From positions 104,656 to 168,655 of the forward strand of contig PLGF01000135.1 of assembly GCA_003138485.1 (NCBI GenBank): a stretch of DNA of 64,000 bases, written 5' to 3'. The notes beneath the pieces are model-generated. The model did no database searches. It was not told the DNA's origin and was given only the letters and a program-made list of their open reading frames with translations. Within the stretch, counting starts at the first letter, position 1. The number at the start of each line of letters is the position of its first letter. The position numbers were made by a program, and so were the translations under genes. Shown here piece by piece: positions 9,227 through 18,283 of the stretch. The DNA comes from Verrucomicrobiales bacterium (lineage in GTDB: Bacteria > Verrucomicrobiota > Verrucomicrobiia > Limisphaerales > Palsa-1400).

Positions 9227-10216
9227 ATGATCGTATTGTTAGGCGCCAGCGGATACGTTGGCAGGACGTTCGCCACCGAATTGCGAAGGCGCGGGCATTC
9301 ATTCATACCGCTGACCCGGCGCGCGTTCGACTATACTCGTTTCGACTTCTTATTCGATTATCTGCGGACGATGCGGCCGGTCTTTCTCGTTAACGCCGCT
9401 GGATACGCGGGAAACTGGAGCGGGCGTGTTACGGAGCAGGAGCGGGAGAAGATGCTGGCGGCCAACGCCTTCCTGCCGCAGATGATTGCCCGGGTCTGCA
9501 TGATGACCAAAACACCGTGGGGGCACATCTCATCGGGATCGATCTACTCTGGCGCAAAGGTCCAGCGTCTGGGAGCGGTGGTGGTTGAAAAGCACCTTGG
9601 CCGGCCCGAACTGCTCAATCTGTTCGAGTCGCATCCCGACAGTTTCCACGGCTTCACGGAAGCTGATGAACCCAATTTTTCGTTCCGCGCCATGCCGTGC
9701 AACTTCCACAGCGGCACCAGGGCTTTGGCGGAGGAGGCCATTCGGGACGTTGGCCAGAGTTACGTCTGGCGGCTCCGGCTGCCCTTCAACGAGCGCGAGG
9801 AACCGGGCAACTGGCTTTCCCGGGTGCGCCGGGAACACCAAGTGTATGACTGCATCAACTCGTTTTCTCACTTGGATGATTGCGTCAAGGCCTGCCTGGA
9901 CCTTTGGGAGATTCGAGCGCCTTTTGGCATTTACAACGTCACCAATCCCGGAGCGATGACGACGCGGCACGCCGTCGAAGACCTGCAACGTGTCTTGAGC
10001 AGCGCACCCCAGGTCCTGCCTGCGGAAGACCAGGACCCTCCCAACGAACCGCAATCCCACTGCATCCTGGACTCCTCCAAACTCCTCAAGGCTGGCGTCA
10101 AGCTGCGGCCCCTGGCCGACGCCTTTGAAGATTGCCTTGGCCGGCTGCACCGGACTTCGCGCGCCGCAAAATCGTTCGATCCTGTTTCCAGGCGGCCCGC
10201 GCCGGCTTTAGTTTGA
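9227..10216 (+). CDS. NRS/ER-like SDR paralogue lacking the catalytic Tyr/Lys
   Basis: Colinear with the 6095-7054 product: GASGYVG, EADEPNF, WRLRLPF, GIYNVTNPG, HCILDSSKL. The YxxxK motif reads FHSGTR (H161 at 9707-9709, R165 at 9719-9721), and GCIF reads GSIY. Confidence 0.75.
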   Translation: MIVLLGASGYVGRTFATELRRRGHSFIPLTRRAFDYTRFDFLFDYLRTMRPVFLVNAAGYAGNWSGRVTEQEREKMLAANAFLPQMIARVCMMTKTPWGHISSGSIYSGAKVQRLGAVVVEKHLGRPELLNLFESHPDSFHGFTEADEPNFSFRAMPCNFHSGTRALAEEAIRDVGQSYVWRLRLPFNEREEPGNWLSRVRREHQVYDCINSFSHLDDCVKACLDLWEIRAPFGIYNVTNPGAMTTRHAVEDLQRVLSSAPQVLPAEDQDPPNEPQSHCILDSSKLLKAGVKLRPLADAFEDCLGRLHRTSRAAKSFDPVSRRPAPALV

Positions 10217-10246
10217 TTGGGAAAACTCAAGGGTTTCAGCCATCTT

Positions 10247-11176
10247 ATGCCTGATCACGAATGTACCACCGGCGCCCGGATTGCTTTCCGCCGCCAAGTG
10301 CGGAGCCTGGCGGTTGTTACGGGGCTGTTGGTGCTGTGCTTTGGCCGGAGCCAATTGCAACTGTTGGCGTTCTCCATGCACAGTGAATTGTTTTCTTACA
10401 TTCCGCTGATTCCGTTCATTTCCGCCTATTTGATTTGGTCTGAACGGAAGCGTTTGAGTCTCGAAATTGTCCCATCGCGGCTTGGGGCCGGTGCCTTTGG
10501 CGCTTGGGGGACGGCGCTGCTGGCCGGATATTGGATGGCGACACGGTCGGGATGGCATCCGGCGGAACAGGATTACTTGTCGTTGATGACGCTGGCGTTG
10601 CTTTGCTTCTTCTGGGGAGCCTGCATGGCGACGTTGGGATGGAAGGTGATGCGACAGGCGCTTTTCCCCGCCGCCTTTCTGATCTTCGCGGTGCCGCTGC
10701 CGACGGTTTGGATGGATAACATCGACACGTTCTTCCAATACACTTCCGCGGTTGCCGCGCACGGCTTCTTCTGGCTTTGCGGCACGCCGACGGTGCGGAA
10801 TGGGTTGGATCTGCACTTGCCTGATTTCGCGCTGACGGTCGCTCCCGAATGCAGTGGAATTCATTCCACGCTGGTGCTGTTCATGACCAGCCTGATGGCG
10901 GGCTACCTGTTTTTGAATCGGGCCTGGACACGAGCTGTCCTGGTGCTGGCGGTGATCCCTCTGGCCATCCTTCGAAACGGATTTCGGATATGTGTCGTTG
11001 GCGAGTTGTGCGTTCACATCAGCCACGACATGATCCGGTCGCCGATCCATCGGAAAGGAGGTCCCATTTTCTTCGCTCTCTCTTTGATTCCGTTCTTGTT
11101 ATTTCTGCTGTATTTGAGAAAATTCAACTCTACTGCTCCCGGGCGGCAGGCGATCAAACCGGAGCCGCAATCCTGA
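10247..11176 (+). CDS. exosortase (PEP-CTERM sorting transpeptidase family)
   Basis: Polytopic membrane protein with exosortase hallmarks: IPLIPFISAYLIW, APECSGIHS (catalytic Cys), AILRNGFRI (Arg), and a later His region HISHD. Followed by a PrsT-like gene. Confidence 0.85.
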   Translation: MPDHECTTGARIAFRRQVRSLAVVTGLLVLCFGRSQLQLLAFSMHSELFSYIPLIPFISAYLIWSERKRLSLEIVPSRLGAGAFGAWGTALLAGYWMATRSGWHPAEQDYLSLMTLALLCFFWGACMATLGWKVMRQALFPAAFLIFAVPLPTVWMDNIDTFFQYTSAVAAHGFFWLCGTPTVRNGLDLHLPDFALTVAPECSGIHSTLVLFMTSLMAGYLFLNRAWTRAVLVLAVIPLAILRNGFRICVVGELCVHISHDMIRSPIHRKGGPIFFALSLIPFLLFLLYLRKFNSTAPGRQAIKPEPQS

Positions 11177-11177
11177 A

Positions 11178-14100
11178 ATGACTATGAGGAAGTTCTATCG
11201 TCAATGGCCCTGCTTTCTGGCGCTGGCGTCTTGTCTGACGCTGGGAGCGGGATGCACCAAGGCCGCAAAAGCCAAGAGATTGTTGTCTTCCGCCGAGCGT
11301 GATTTTCAAGCCCAGCGATACGAAGCCGCAGAGGCTCAGTACCAAGCCGTTCTGCGCTTGTCTTACCTCAATCCCGCGGCCATACGGCAGTTGGGCTTGA
11401 TCTATGCCGAGGAGGGCCGCGGGCCGCAGGCTTACGCCTTCTTGCAGAAGGCTTACGCAATGAATTCCAACAATCCTGTCGTCCGGCTCAAACTGGCGCA
11501 GCTTTGTCTCAGTGCTGGCAAAGCCACCAACGCGGCCAGCCTTGCCGCCCAGTGCGTGGAAAGCGACCCCACTAATGAACTGGCCCTCGAAATTCTCATC
11601 GATGCCTCCCGTTCGCCAGCCGCTTTGGCGGTGGTTCGCAGCAAGGTGGAAGCTCTGGAGCAGGCGGACAAATCCGTCGCTGCCTACCATGCGGCGCTGG
11701 GCCGGATCGATTTGCGCCAACAGAATGTGGCCGACGCAGAAATCGAATTGCAAACGGCCCTCCGCCTGGACCCCAAGCTCAGTGCCGCTTATGCCGGCAT
11801 GGCCAGCGTCTATTCGGCGCGCAAAGACCTCAAGGCGATGGAGCAGGCGCTCAAAACGGCCGCCGACTTGTCTCCCGTTCGATCTTCCACCCGGCTGAAC
11901 TACGCGGAGCACAAATATCAAACCGGTTTCCCGGAAGAGGCCCGGCAGATTTTGACTGACATGACCCGGCAGGCTCCCGACTTTATTCCGGCATGGAACC
12001 TCCTGATGAAGTTCGCCTTCGCCGAGCGCAAGTACGATGAATGCGCCACAAATGTCGCCAACATCCTCTCCCGCGATCCGTCCGACTTCGAGGCGCTCCT
12101 GCAATCTGGAAACATCGCCCTTGCCAGACATAATGCGACCGAGGCCATCAGCCAGTTCGAGCGGATGGACGCCACTCGGAAGGCACCGCAGATCAAGTAC
12201 CATCTGGCGCTGGCATATTTGCTCAACGGGGAGCCTGCCAGGGCGCTGACCAGCCTCCGCGAGGCTCTCGCTCTGGATCACAGCTACGGTCCGGCCATTC
12301 TCCTGGTGGCAGAATTGGACATTCGCTCCGGCGATTCATCCGCTGCGATCACGCTCTTGACGCAGTTAATCAAGACCCAGCCCGATAATCCCCAGGCGCA
12401 TTCGCTTTTGGCCACCGCTTATCTGGCCCAGCAGAAGCCCCGTCAAGCCTTGGAAGTCTATCGCCAGATGGCGCGGACCTTCCCCAAGAACTCCCAAATA
12501 CCCCACTTGATGGGCAAGATTTATGAGAGCCAGGGCGACGTTGCGCACGCGCGCGAAGCGTTTGAAACATCGCTCGAATTGCAGCCCGGTTATGTGCCCG
12601 CCCTGGAAAACGTTACTGATCTCGACCTGGCCTCCAAGCGTTTCGCTGATGCCCACGCCCGCGTCGCGGCGGAAACCGAACGGTCGCCCAAGGCGGCTGA
12701 ACCCTGGCTGCTGGAGGGGCGCATCTGCCTGGCCGAGGGGCAAACCAACCGGGCGGAGTCGGCGTTTTCCAAAGCCATAGACCTCAACCCCGATTTTTCC
12801 CCCGCGTTCCTGGCCCTGGCACAACTCTACCTGGCCAGCCACCAGGAAGACCGGGCCTTGCAGCGGCTTGCCAGTTTGGTCGCCAAAACCAATGATGTCG
12901 CCGCCCTCATGCAGATCGGGATGATCAATCAGCAGCAGCGCAAATTTGACGCCGCCCGGGACACCTATGAAAAAGTCCTTGCTGTCAATCCCAAATCCTC
13001 CGCGGCTTTGAACAACCTCGCTTACCTGTACTCCGAAGATTTGGGCGACATCGGCCGCGCCGCGCAACTGGCCCAAAAGGCGCGGGACTTGGAGCCCTTC
13101 AGCCCCTTCACGGCCGATACCTTGGGATGGGTTCTCTTCAAGCAAGGCCAATATCCGCGCGCCCTCACCCTGCTCCAGGAGAGCGCCGAGAAGCAGCCCA
13201 ACGATGGCGAGGTCGCCATGCATCTGGGCATGGCCTACTACATGATGGAGAATGAGTCGCTGGCGCGTCTGTATTTGCAGCGCGCGGTGGACAACCCCGC
13301 TGATTTCCCCGCCAAGGAACGGGCTCGCGCGTGCGTGGCCTTCCTGGCCATCGACCCGGAGAAGGCCACTTCCGCCATGATCGAGGACTTGGAAAAGCGA
13401 TTGCGCGAGAACCCGCGCGACCCCGTCCTATTGACACGCATGGTGGCCATTGAGGAACGCAAGGGCGAACCGGAGAAGGCGGCCGCCGCGTATGAGACGA
13501 TCATCAAACAAAACGCCAACGACGTGCAAGCCATCCTCAAGCTGGCCCGCCTCTGCGCCGGACCTCTGAACGACCCCCGCAAAGCGCTTACTCTGGCCAA
13601 GTCCGCCCATGACATCGCGCCCAACGAACCCCGCGCGTGCGCTCTCCTCGGCAAGCTCGTTTATCAAAGCGGCGATTATCCCTGGGCAGTGAGCCTGCTG
13701 CAAGTCGCGGCCGGTCAATTGACCAATCAACCCGCTGTCCTCTACGACCTGGCCTGGGCTTATTACGCCGCGGGCCGCGCGGCCGAGGCCGATGCCAAAA
13801 TGGAAGCTGCGGTTGCGGAAGGCAACTCGCTGCCCGACTTGGAGGATGCGCGCCAGTTTCTCGCCCTCCGCGCCGCCGTCAAAGACCCCGCCCAAGTCCG
13901 CGCCGCAATCGCGCAAGCGCAAAGCCTTCTGCAAAAGCAGCCGCGCTATCTCCCGGCTCTCATGGTGTCGGCTCTTCTGGACGAGCAGCAGGGGGCCGCC
14001 AAGGAAGCCGCGGGCATCTATTCCCAAGTCCTCAAGGATTATCCCCTTTTCACTCCGGCCATGCGTCAATTGGCCATCCTCTACACCCAATCCGGGCAAG

Positions 14101-14405
14101 ACGATGCCAAGGCGTACGACTTGGCGGAAAAGGCCCGCGGCTCGCTGCCGGACGACTTGGAGTTGAAGCGGGCCTTGGGTATTCTGGCCTTCCGGCGGGG
14201 CGACGCGGTGCGGTCGGCGGGGTTGTTGAAGGCCAGCACGGGGAGCGTTACCAACGACGGCGAATTGCTCTACTATCTGGGTATGGATTACTACAAGCTC
14301 AAGCAGCCCAAGGATTGCAAGCAGACCCTGACAAACGCCCTGGCCCTGAAGTTGCCGGACAAGTTGGCGGCCGAAGCGCGCCGCGTCCTCGCGGAGTTAA
14401 AGTGA
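11178..14405 (+). CDS. PEP-CTERM-system TPR-repeat lipoprotein (PrsT-like)
   Basis: Signal peptide plus a lipobox-like LTLGAGC. TPR repeats run through the whole 1,075 aa. It starts 1 nt after the exosortase stop. Confidence 0.8.
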   Translation: MTMRKFYRQWPCFLALASCLTLGAGCTKAAKAKRLLSSAERDFQAQRYEAAEAQYQAVLRLSYLNPAAIRQLGLIYAEEGRGPQAYAFLQKAYAMNSNNPVVRLKLAQLCLSAGKATNAASLAAQCVESDPTNELALEILIDASRSPAALAVVRSKVEALEQADKSVAAYHAALGRIDLRQQNVADAEIELQTALRLDPKLSAAYAGMASVYSARKDLKAMEQALKTAADLSPVRSSTRLNYAEHKYQTGFPEEARQILTDMTRQAPDFIPAWNLLMKFAFAERKYDECATNVANILSRDPSDFEALLQSGNIALARHNATEAISQFERMDATRKAPQIKYHLALAYLLNGEPARALTSLREALALDHSYGPAILLVAELDIRSGDSSAAITLLTQLIKTQPDNPQAHSLLATAYLAQQKPRQALEVYRQMARTFPKNSQIPHLMGKIYESQGDVAHAREAFETSLELQPGYVPALENVTDLDLASKRFADAHARVAAETERSPKAAEPWLLEGRICLAEGQTNRAESAFSKAIDLNPDFSPAFLALAQLYLASHQEDRALQRLASLVAKTNDVAALMQIGMINQQQRKFDAARDTYEKVLAVNPKSSAALNNLAYLYSEDLGDIGRAAQLAQKARDLEPFSPFTADTLGWVLFKQGQYPRALTLLQESAEKQPNDGEVAMHLGMAYYMMENESLARLYLQRAVDNPADFPAKERARACVAFLAIDPEKATSAMIEDLEKRLRENPRDPVLLTRMVAIEERKGEPEKAAAAYETIIKQNANDVQAILKLARLCAGPLNDPRKALTLAKSAHDIAPNEPRACALLGKLVYQSGDYPWAVSLLQVAAGQLTNQPAVLYDLAWAYYAAGRAAEADAKMEAAVAEGNSLPDLEDARQFLALRAAVKDPAQVRAAIAQAQSLLQKQPRYLPALMVSALLDEQQGAAKEAAGIYSQVLKDYPLFTPAMRQLAILYTQSGQDDAKAYDLAEKARGSLPDDLELKRALGILAFRRGDAVRSAGLLKASTGSVTNDGELLYYLGMDYYKLKQPKDCKQTLTNALALKLPDKLAAEARRVLAELK

Positions 14406-14406
14406 T

Positions 14407-14967
14407 CTATTGCATGACCAGCCGGTAGAAGCGCATTTTCAGGTTCGCTCCCTCCGGGTCTTCACACTGCACCCACCCATTGGTCGTGGCTGAAGTCCGC
14501 CAGATGGTGGACCATGTTGTTAGATTGACGGAAGCTTGCACCGTGTAGGTGTGGCCCGGAGCGGCCACAAAACTGAGATAGGTCGGCGACCTGGGCTGTG
14601 CTTTGGACAGCACGCTCAGAGCGCCTGGAACGATGTAGGAAATCTCATTGGACGGCGGGCTTTGCATCCCCTGCGCGTTGTAGGCCACGACCACCATGTA
14701 AGTGGTCTGGCCCTCCTGCAACCCGGGAACCGTCAGGCTCGTGTTGGTCCCCGCGTCGATGCTCTGCGTGTAATTGCTGCTGCTGTTTCCGTAATAGACC
14801 ATGTATCCCGCCACCCCCCCGGCCGTGCTGGGATTCCACGCCACCTCCAGGCTTTGTTCCGCTTGTGCCCGCCAGCAAAACAGGAGGAGAAAAGCCAGCG
14901 CCGCAGCCAATGTCCGGCCTTGTCCGATGCCGGCGCTTTCTGAATTGTTTGGTGTCCTTCCGTTCAT
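14407..14967 (-). CDS. small secreted FN3-domain protein with a C-terminal ...FYRL module
   Basis: Signal peptide LAFLLLFCWRAQA. FN3 block LEVAWNPS...GYMVYYG...YMVVVAYNAQG. C-terminus HTYTVQASVNLTTW...MRFYRLVMQ. Confidence 0.65.
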   Translation of the reverse strand: MNGRTPNNSESAGIGQGRTLAAALAFLLLFCWRAQAEQSLEVAWNPSTAGGVAGYMVYYGNSSSNYTQSIDAGTNTSLTVPGLQEGQTTYMVVVAYNAQGMQSPPSNEISYIVPGALSVLSKAQPRSPTYLSFVAAPGHTYTVQASVNLTTWSTIWRTSATTNGWVQCEDPEGANLKMRFYRLVMQ

Positions 14968-15385
14968 TCGCCTTTCCCTATCGCATCGGGTGTTCCATTT
15001 TCCGGATTTTCGTCGAATTTCGCGCTCGCATTCTTGGAACCGTCCGGTCGCGGAACTGCGAAGCGCCCTTGATGTTCCCGCCGCCTTCTGGAAACGTCGA
15101 AGCGCTTCATTTTGAACAGTTTACGCTATGGCGCTGGCGGAATGACGGCCTGGCCGGGGACGGGTTCCAACACTCATCGCAGCTTTAAGAGAGGCTGATT
15201 TTTGGGGGCGCGCTGGACGCTGTTTTTGGACTGTCTCTCTAACATCCATCAAGCGCCGGTTTTTCCATTTCTTGGACAATTAAACTTGCAACCGCAGGCG
15301 GGGTCGTATTGACTTTCCCGCGTAATCATCAGCCCCATGCCCGGCGCGATTGACAGCGCCGGCGGGAGAAAGAACGTTGAACCGT

Positions 15386-16057
15386 ATGAATCCGAATACT
15401 TGTCGCGCCAATATCGCCGTCCTGGCGCTCGCGCTGTGGACGGGAATCGTGGGTTGCCAGAGCACCCATCCGATTACTCAGCCCGTCACCTCCGTCGCCC
15501 AACCCCATGCCGTCGGCGCCCCGCCCCAAACTGCCGCGGCAACGCCCGCGGCGAATCCGGAGTCCCTCGTCTTGCAGGAGGGCGACACCATCCACATTTC
15601 CTTTCCTGGAGCGCCCGCCCTTAATACGGTTCAGACGATCCGGCGCGATGGCAAGATCACCCTCGATCTGGTGGGAGAGATCAACGCCGCCGGCCTGAAA
15701 CCTCACGCCCTGGAGGTGGAACTGATCAAGAAGCTGGGCGATCAACTGGTCGAGAAGGAGGTCTCCGTCACAGTGCAGTCCTCCACTTTTATTGTCTATG
15801 TTACAGGCTGCGTCCTCCGTCCCGGCAAACTCATTTCCGAGCGCGTCCTCAGCCCCTTGCAGGCGGTCATTGAGGCGGGCATCGACCATAACAAGGCCAG
15901 TTTGAAGAAGGTGACCGTCGTCCGCGACCTTCCGAATGGACAGCGGCTGATATTCAAACTCAATCTCGACAAGGAATTGAAGGGCGAGCCGACGGAGCCT
16001 TTCGACCTCAAACCGTTCGACACCATTTTCGTCCCCGAGAAATTCACCTGGTATTAG
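15386..16057 (+). CDS. polysaccharide export lipoprotein (Wza-like Poly_export + SLBB)
   Basis: Lipobox IVGC. LQEGDTIHISF...VQTIRRDGKITLDLVGEINAAGL is the Poly_export motif. YVTGCVLRPGK...LQAVIEAGI is SLBB-like. Confidence 0.8.
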   Translation: MNPNTCRANIAVLALALWTGIVGCQSTHPITQPVTSVAQPHAVGAPPQTAAATPAANPESLVLQEGDTIHISFPGAPALNTVQTIRRDGKITLDLVGEINAAGLKPHALEVELIKKLGDQLVEKEVSVTVQSSTFIVYVTGCVLRPGKLISERVLSPLQAVIEAGIDHNKASLKKVTVVRDLPNGQRLIFKLNLDKELKGEPTEPFDLKPFDTIFVPEKFTWY

Positions 16058-16070
16058 CAGGGCGATACAA

Positions 16071-17177
16071 TTGAAAAGTTACAACATTGCGGTCATCGCC
16101 GGAGACGGCACCGGGCCGGAAGTCATTCGAGAAGCGATCAAGGTCCTCGATGCGGCCGGCCCGAAATTCAGAATCAAGTTCAATTTCACCCAGTACGACT
16201 TGGGCGGCGAACGCTATCTGCGCACCAAGGAGGTGCTGCCCGACAGCGTGATCGGGGAGTTGCGCAAGTTCCCGGCGATCCTTCTCGGCGCCATCGGCCA
16301 TCCGGGCGTCAAGCCCGGCATCCTTGAAAAGGGCATCCTGCTCCGCCTGCGTTTCGAGCTGGAACAGTACATCAATCTCCGCCCGGTCAAGCTCTACGAC
16401 GAACGCTTCTGCCCGCTCAAGGGCAAGAAACCGGAAGACATCGACTTCGTCGTCGTGCGCGAGAATAACGAGGGGCTTTACACCGGGACGGGCGGATTTG
16501 TCTTCAAAGGCACTCCCAATGAAATCGCCATCCAGGAAAGCGTCAACACCCACCGCGGCGTTGCGCGCTGCCTGCGCTTCGCGTTTGAACTGGCGCAGAA
16601 ACGCCGTGGGGGCAAGCCCTGGCACGGACTGAAGCCCGAAGACATCGCTGCCGGAAAGAAGTCGCAATTGACCCTTTGCGGCAAGACCAACGTGCTGACG
16701 TACGCCTTTGACCTTTGGGAGCGCGTTTTCCACGCCATCGGCGATAAGGACTTCAAGACCGTGAAACTCGACTACGTGCATGTCGATGCCACGACCATGT
16801 GGTTCGTGAAAAACCCGGAGTGGTTCGACGTTATCGTTACAGATAATCTGTTTGGGGACATTATCACTGATTTGGGCGCAATGGTGCAGGGTGGAATGGG
16901 TATTGCCGCAGGCGGAAACATCAATCCAGAGGGGACAAGCATGTTCGAGCCAATTGGGGGGAGCGCGCCCAAATACACCGGGAAAGGGGTCATAAATCCC
17001 CTAGCGGCGATCTGTGCCGGGCAGATGATGCTGGATTTTCTGGGCGAAACCGAAGCCGCGCAAGCCATTGAAGCTGCGGTAGTTAAGATTGCACGGGAGA
17101 AGATCAAGAACTTGGCGGCGGGGAAGATGGGATACACTACCGCGCAGGTGGGTGATTTGGTGGCTGCCGCGCTGTGA
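16071..17177 (+). CDS. isopropylmalate/tartrate dehydrogenase-family enzyme (LeuB/TtuC-like)
   Basis: IAVIAGDGTGPEV, EQYINLRPVK, DFVVVRENNEGLY, NLFGDIITDLG, FEPIGGSAPKYTGKGVINP. TTG start. Substrate cannot be decided by eye. Confidence 0.75.
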   Translation: MKSYNIAVIAGDGTGPEVIREAIKVLDAAGPKFRIKFNFTQYDLGGERYLRTKEVLPDSVIGELRKFPAILLGAIGHPGVKPGILEKGILLRLRFELEQYINLRPVKLYDERFCPLKGKKPEDIDFVVVRENNEGLYTGTGGFVFKGTPNEIAIQESVNTHRGVARCLRFAFELAQKRRGGKPWHGLKPEDIAAGKKSQLTLCGKTNVLTYAFDLWERVFHAIGDKDFKTVKLDYVHVDATTMWFVKNPEWFDVIVTDNLFGDIITDLGAMVQGGMGIAAGGNINPEGTSMFEPIGGSAPKYTGKGVINPLAAICAGQMMLDFLGETEAAQAIEAAVVKIAREKIKNLAAGKMGYTTAQVGDLVAAAL

Positions 17178-17425
17178 AAAGGCACCTTGTCAGGGGTGCT
17201 GAACCCGTCGGAACTCCTTACAGAAACGGGCTTTCATGCGTAAAGACTTGAGTATGACCATATTAAACCTCGGAATACGCTCTTGGCATGGGTATTTGTC
17301 GAGACTCTTTACAGAATGGGCCTTCCAGGCGGGAGCGAGTCAAGGAAATCTTAAATTTCGTAACCTATTCAATACAAGCATGTTGCGACGTTTTTGTGAG
17401 GGATTTTGGACGATGTTTTAGCAGT

Positions 17426-17441
17426 TGGCACGGTGCTTGCA
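17426..17441 (+). promoter_or_regulatory. sigma-54 (-24/-12) promoter candidate
   Basis: TGGCAC-ggtgc-TTGCA is a perfect match to TGGCACG-N4-TTGCW. It is intergenic, about 80 nt upstream of the ATG at 17522. Confidence 0.6.
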
Positions 17442-17521
17442 TAAGAACCATATCGTCAAATGTGCCTAAGAGCACAGAAGTGAGACAAGCAACAAAGAGC
17501 AATGTGAAACTTAGAGAAGAA

Positions 17522-18199
17522 ATGGAAAAAATGATGAAAACAAAAACCTTAGTAACAACGATGGCACTGACCGGGGCGCTGATAGCAGCCACCACGACAG
17601 TGAAAGCCAACCCTGAACTGGAACTCATCTCCGGCTCGAGCTCGGTAATCGTAACTGCCGCTTCGGCAGATGGCACGGTGACATACGACGGCCCCATTGG
17701 CCAGTGGAACGTCAATGTTTCGACCGGCGAAAACGATTTGGGCGGCATCACAACGCCGATGATTGATTTGAATTCGCTTGATACAGCCAAGGGTTACGCA
17801 GGGACGCTGCAGAGTATTGAGATTCTTTACACTGCTTTGGAACCCGCAAGCGCCGCAGGCGGAATTACGGGTGAAATCGGCGGCACGACTACCACGACGG
17901 TGACGGATTGGCAGTGGCTTGGATACTCACCGTTTGCCAAGACGCAGCTACTGACCGAGGTCGGCCCCTTCACAAAAGGCGCTTTTAGTGGCACTGCTTA
18001 TGGAACCACAGGAACGCCGGATGGCTCGTATTGGCTGACCGAGGACGTACTGATTTCTGGGGGCATCACGAAGGCTACTGAGTCCAGCAGCTTCGATTCG
18101 AATTCGTCAGTACCGGACGGTGGCATGACGATTGCCATGCTGGGTTCAGTCCTGGCTGGCTTGGGTGCCATCCGCTCCCGTATCGGCAAGCGCGCCTAA
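17522..18199 (+). CDS. secreted PEP-CTERM-class protein with a VPDGG-type sorting signal
   Basis: Signal peptide ...ATTTVKA. Gly/Thr/Ser-rich body. The C-terminus is VPDGG + hydrophobic helix MTIAMLGSVLAGLGAI + basic tail RSRIGKRA (18110-18196). Confidence 0.75.
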   Translation: MEKMMKTKTLVTTMALTGALIAATTTVKANPELELISGSSSVIVTAASADGTVTYDGPIGQWNVNVSTGENDLGGITTPMIDLNSLDTAKGYAGTLQSIEILYTALEPASAAGGITGEIGGTTTTTVTDWQWLGYSPFAKTQLLTEVGPFTKGAFSGTAYGTTGTPDGSYWLTEDVLISGGITKATESSSFDSNSSVPDGGMTIAMLGSVLAGLGAIRSRIGKRA

Positions 18200-18231
18200 C
18201 CAACGACCAAGTCGAGTTTCACATCTCTTCA

Positions 18232-18266
18232 AGAGGCGGAACTTTAAGTTCCGCCTCTTTTTTTTT
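18232..18266 (+). terminator. intrinsic terminator
   Basis: Perfect 11-bp stem AGAGGCGGAAC/GTTCCGCCTCT with a 5-nt loop, followed by a T9 run. Confidence 0.85.
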
Positions 18267-18283
18267 GTGTGATAAGGTTGGGC

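Noticed and set aside
15273-15290. A TGGACA-N7-TTGCA sigma-54-like element upstream of the polysaccharide export gene.
   Set aside because: The GG-to-GC spacing is 14 nt instead of the required 12, and the -24 element deviates (TGGACA). It is unlikely to be functional.
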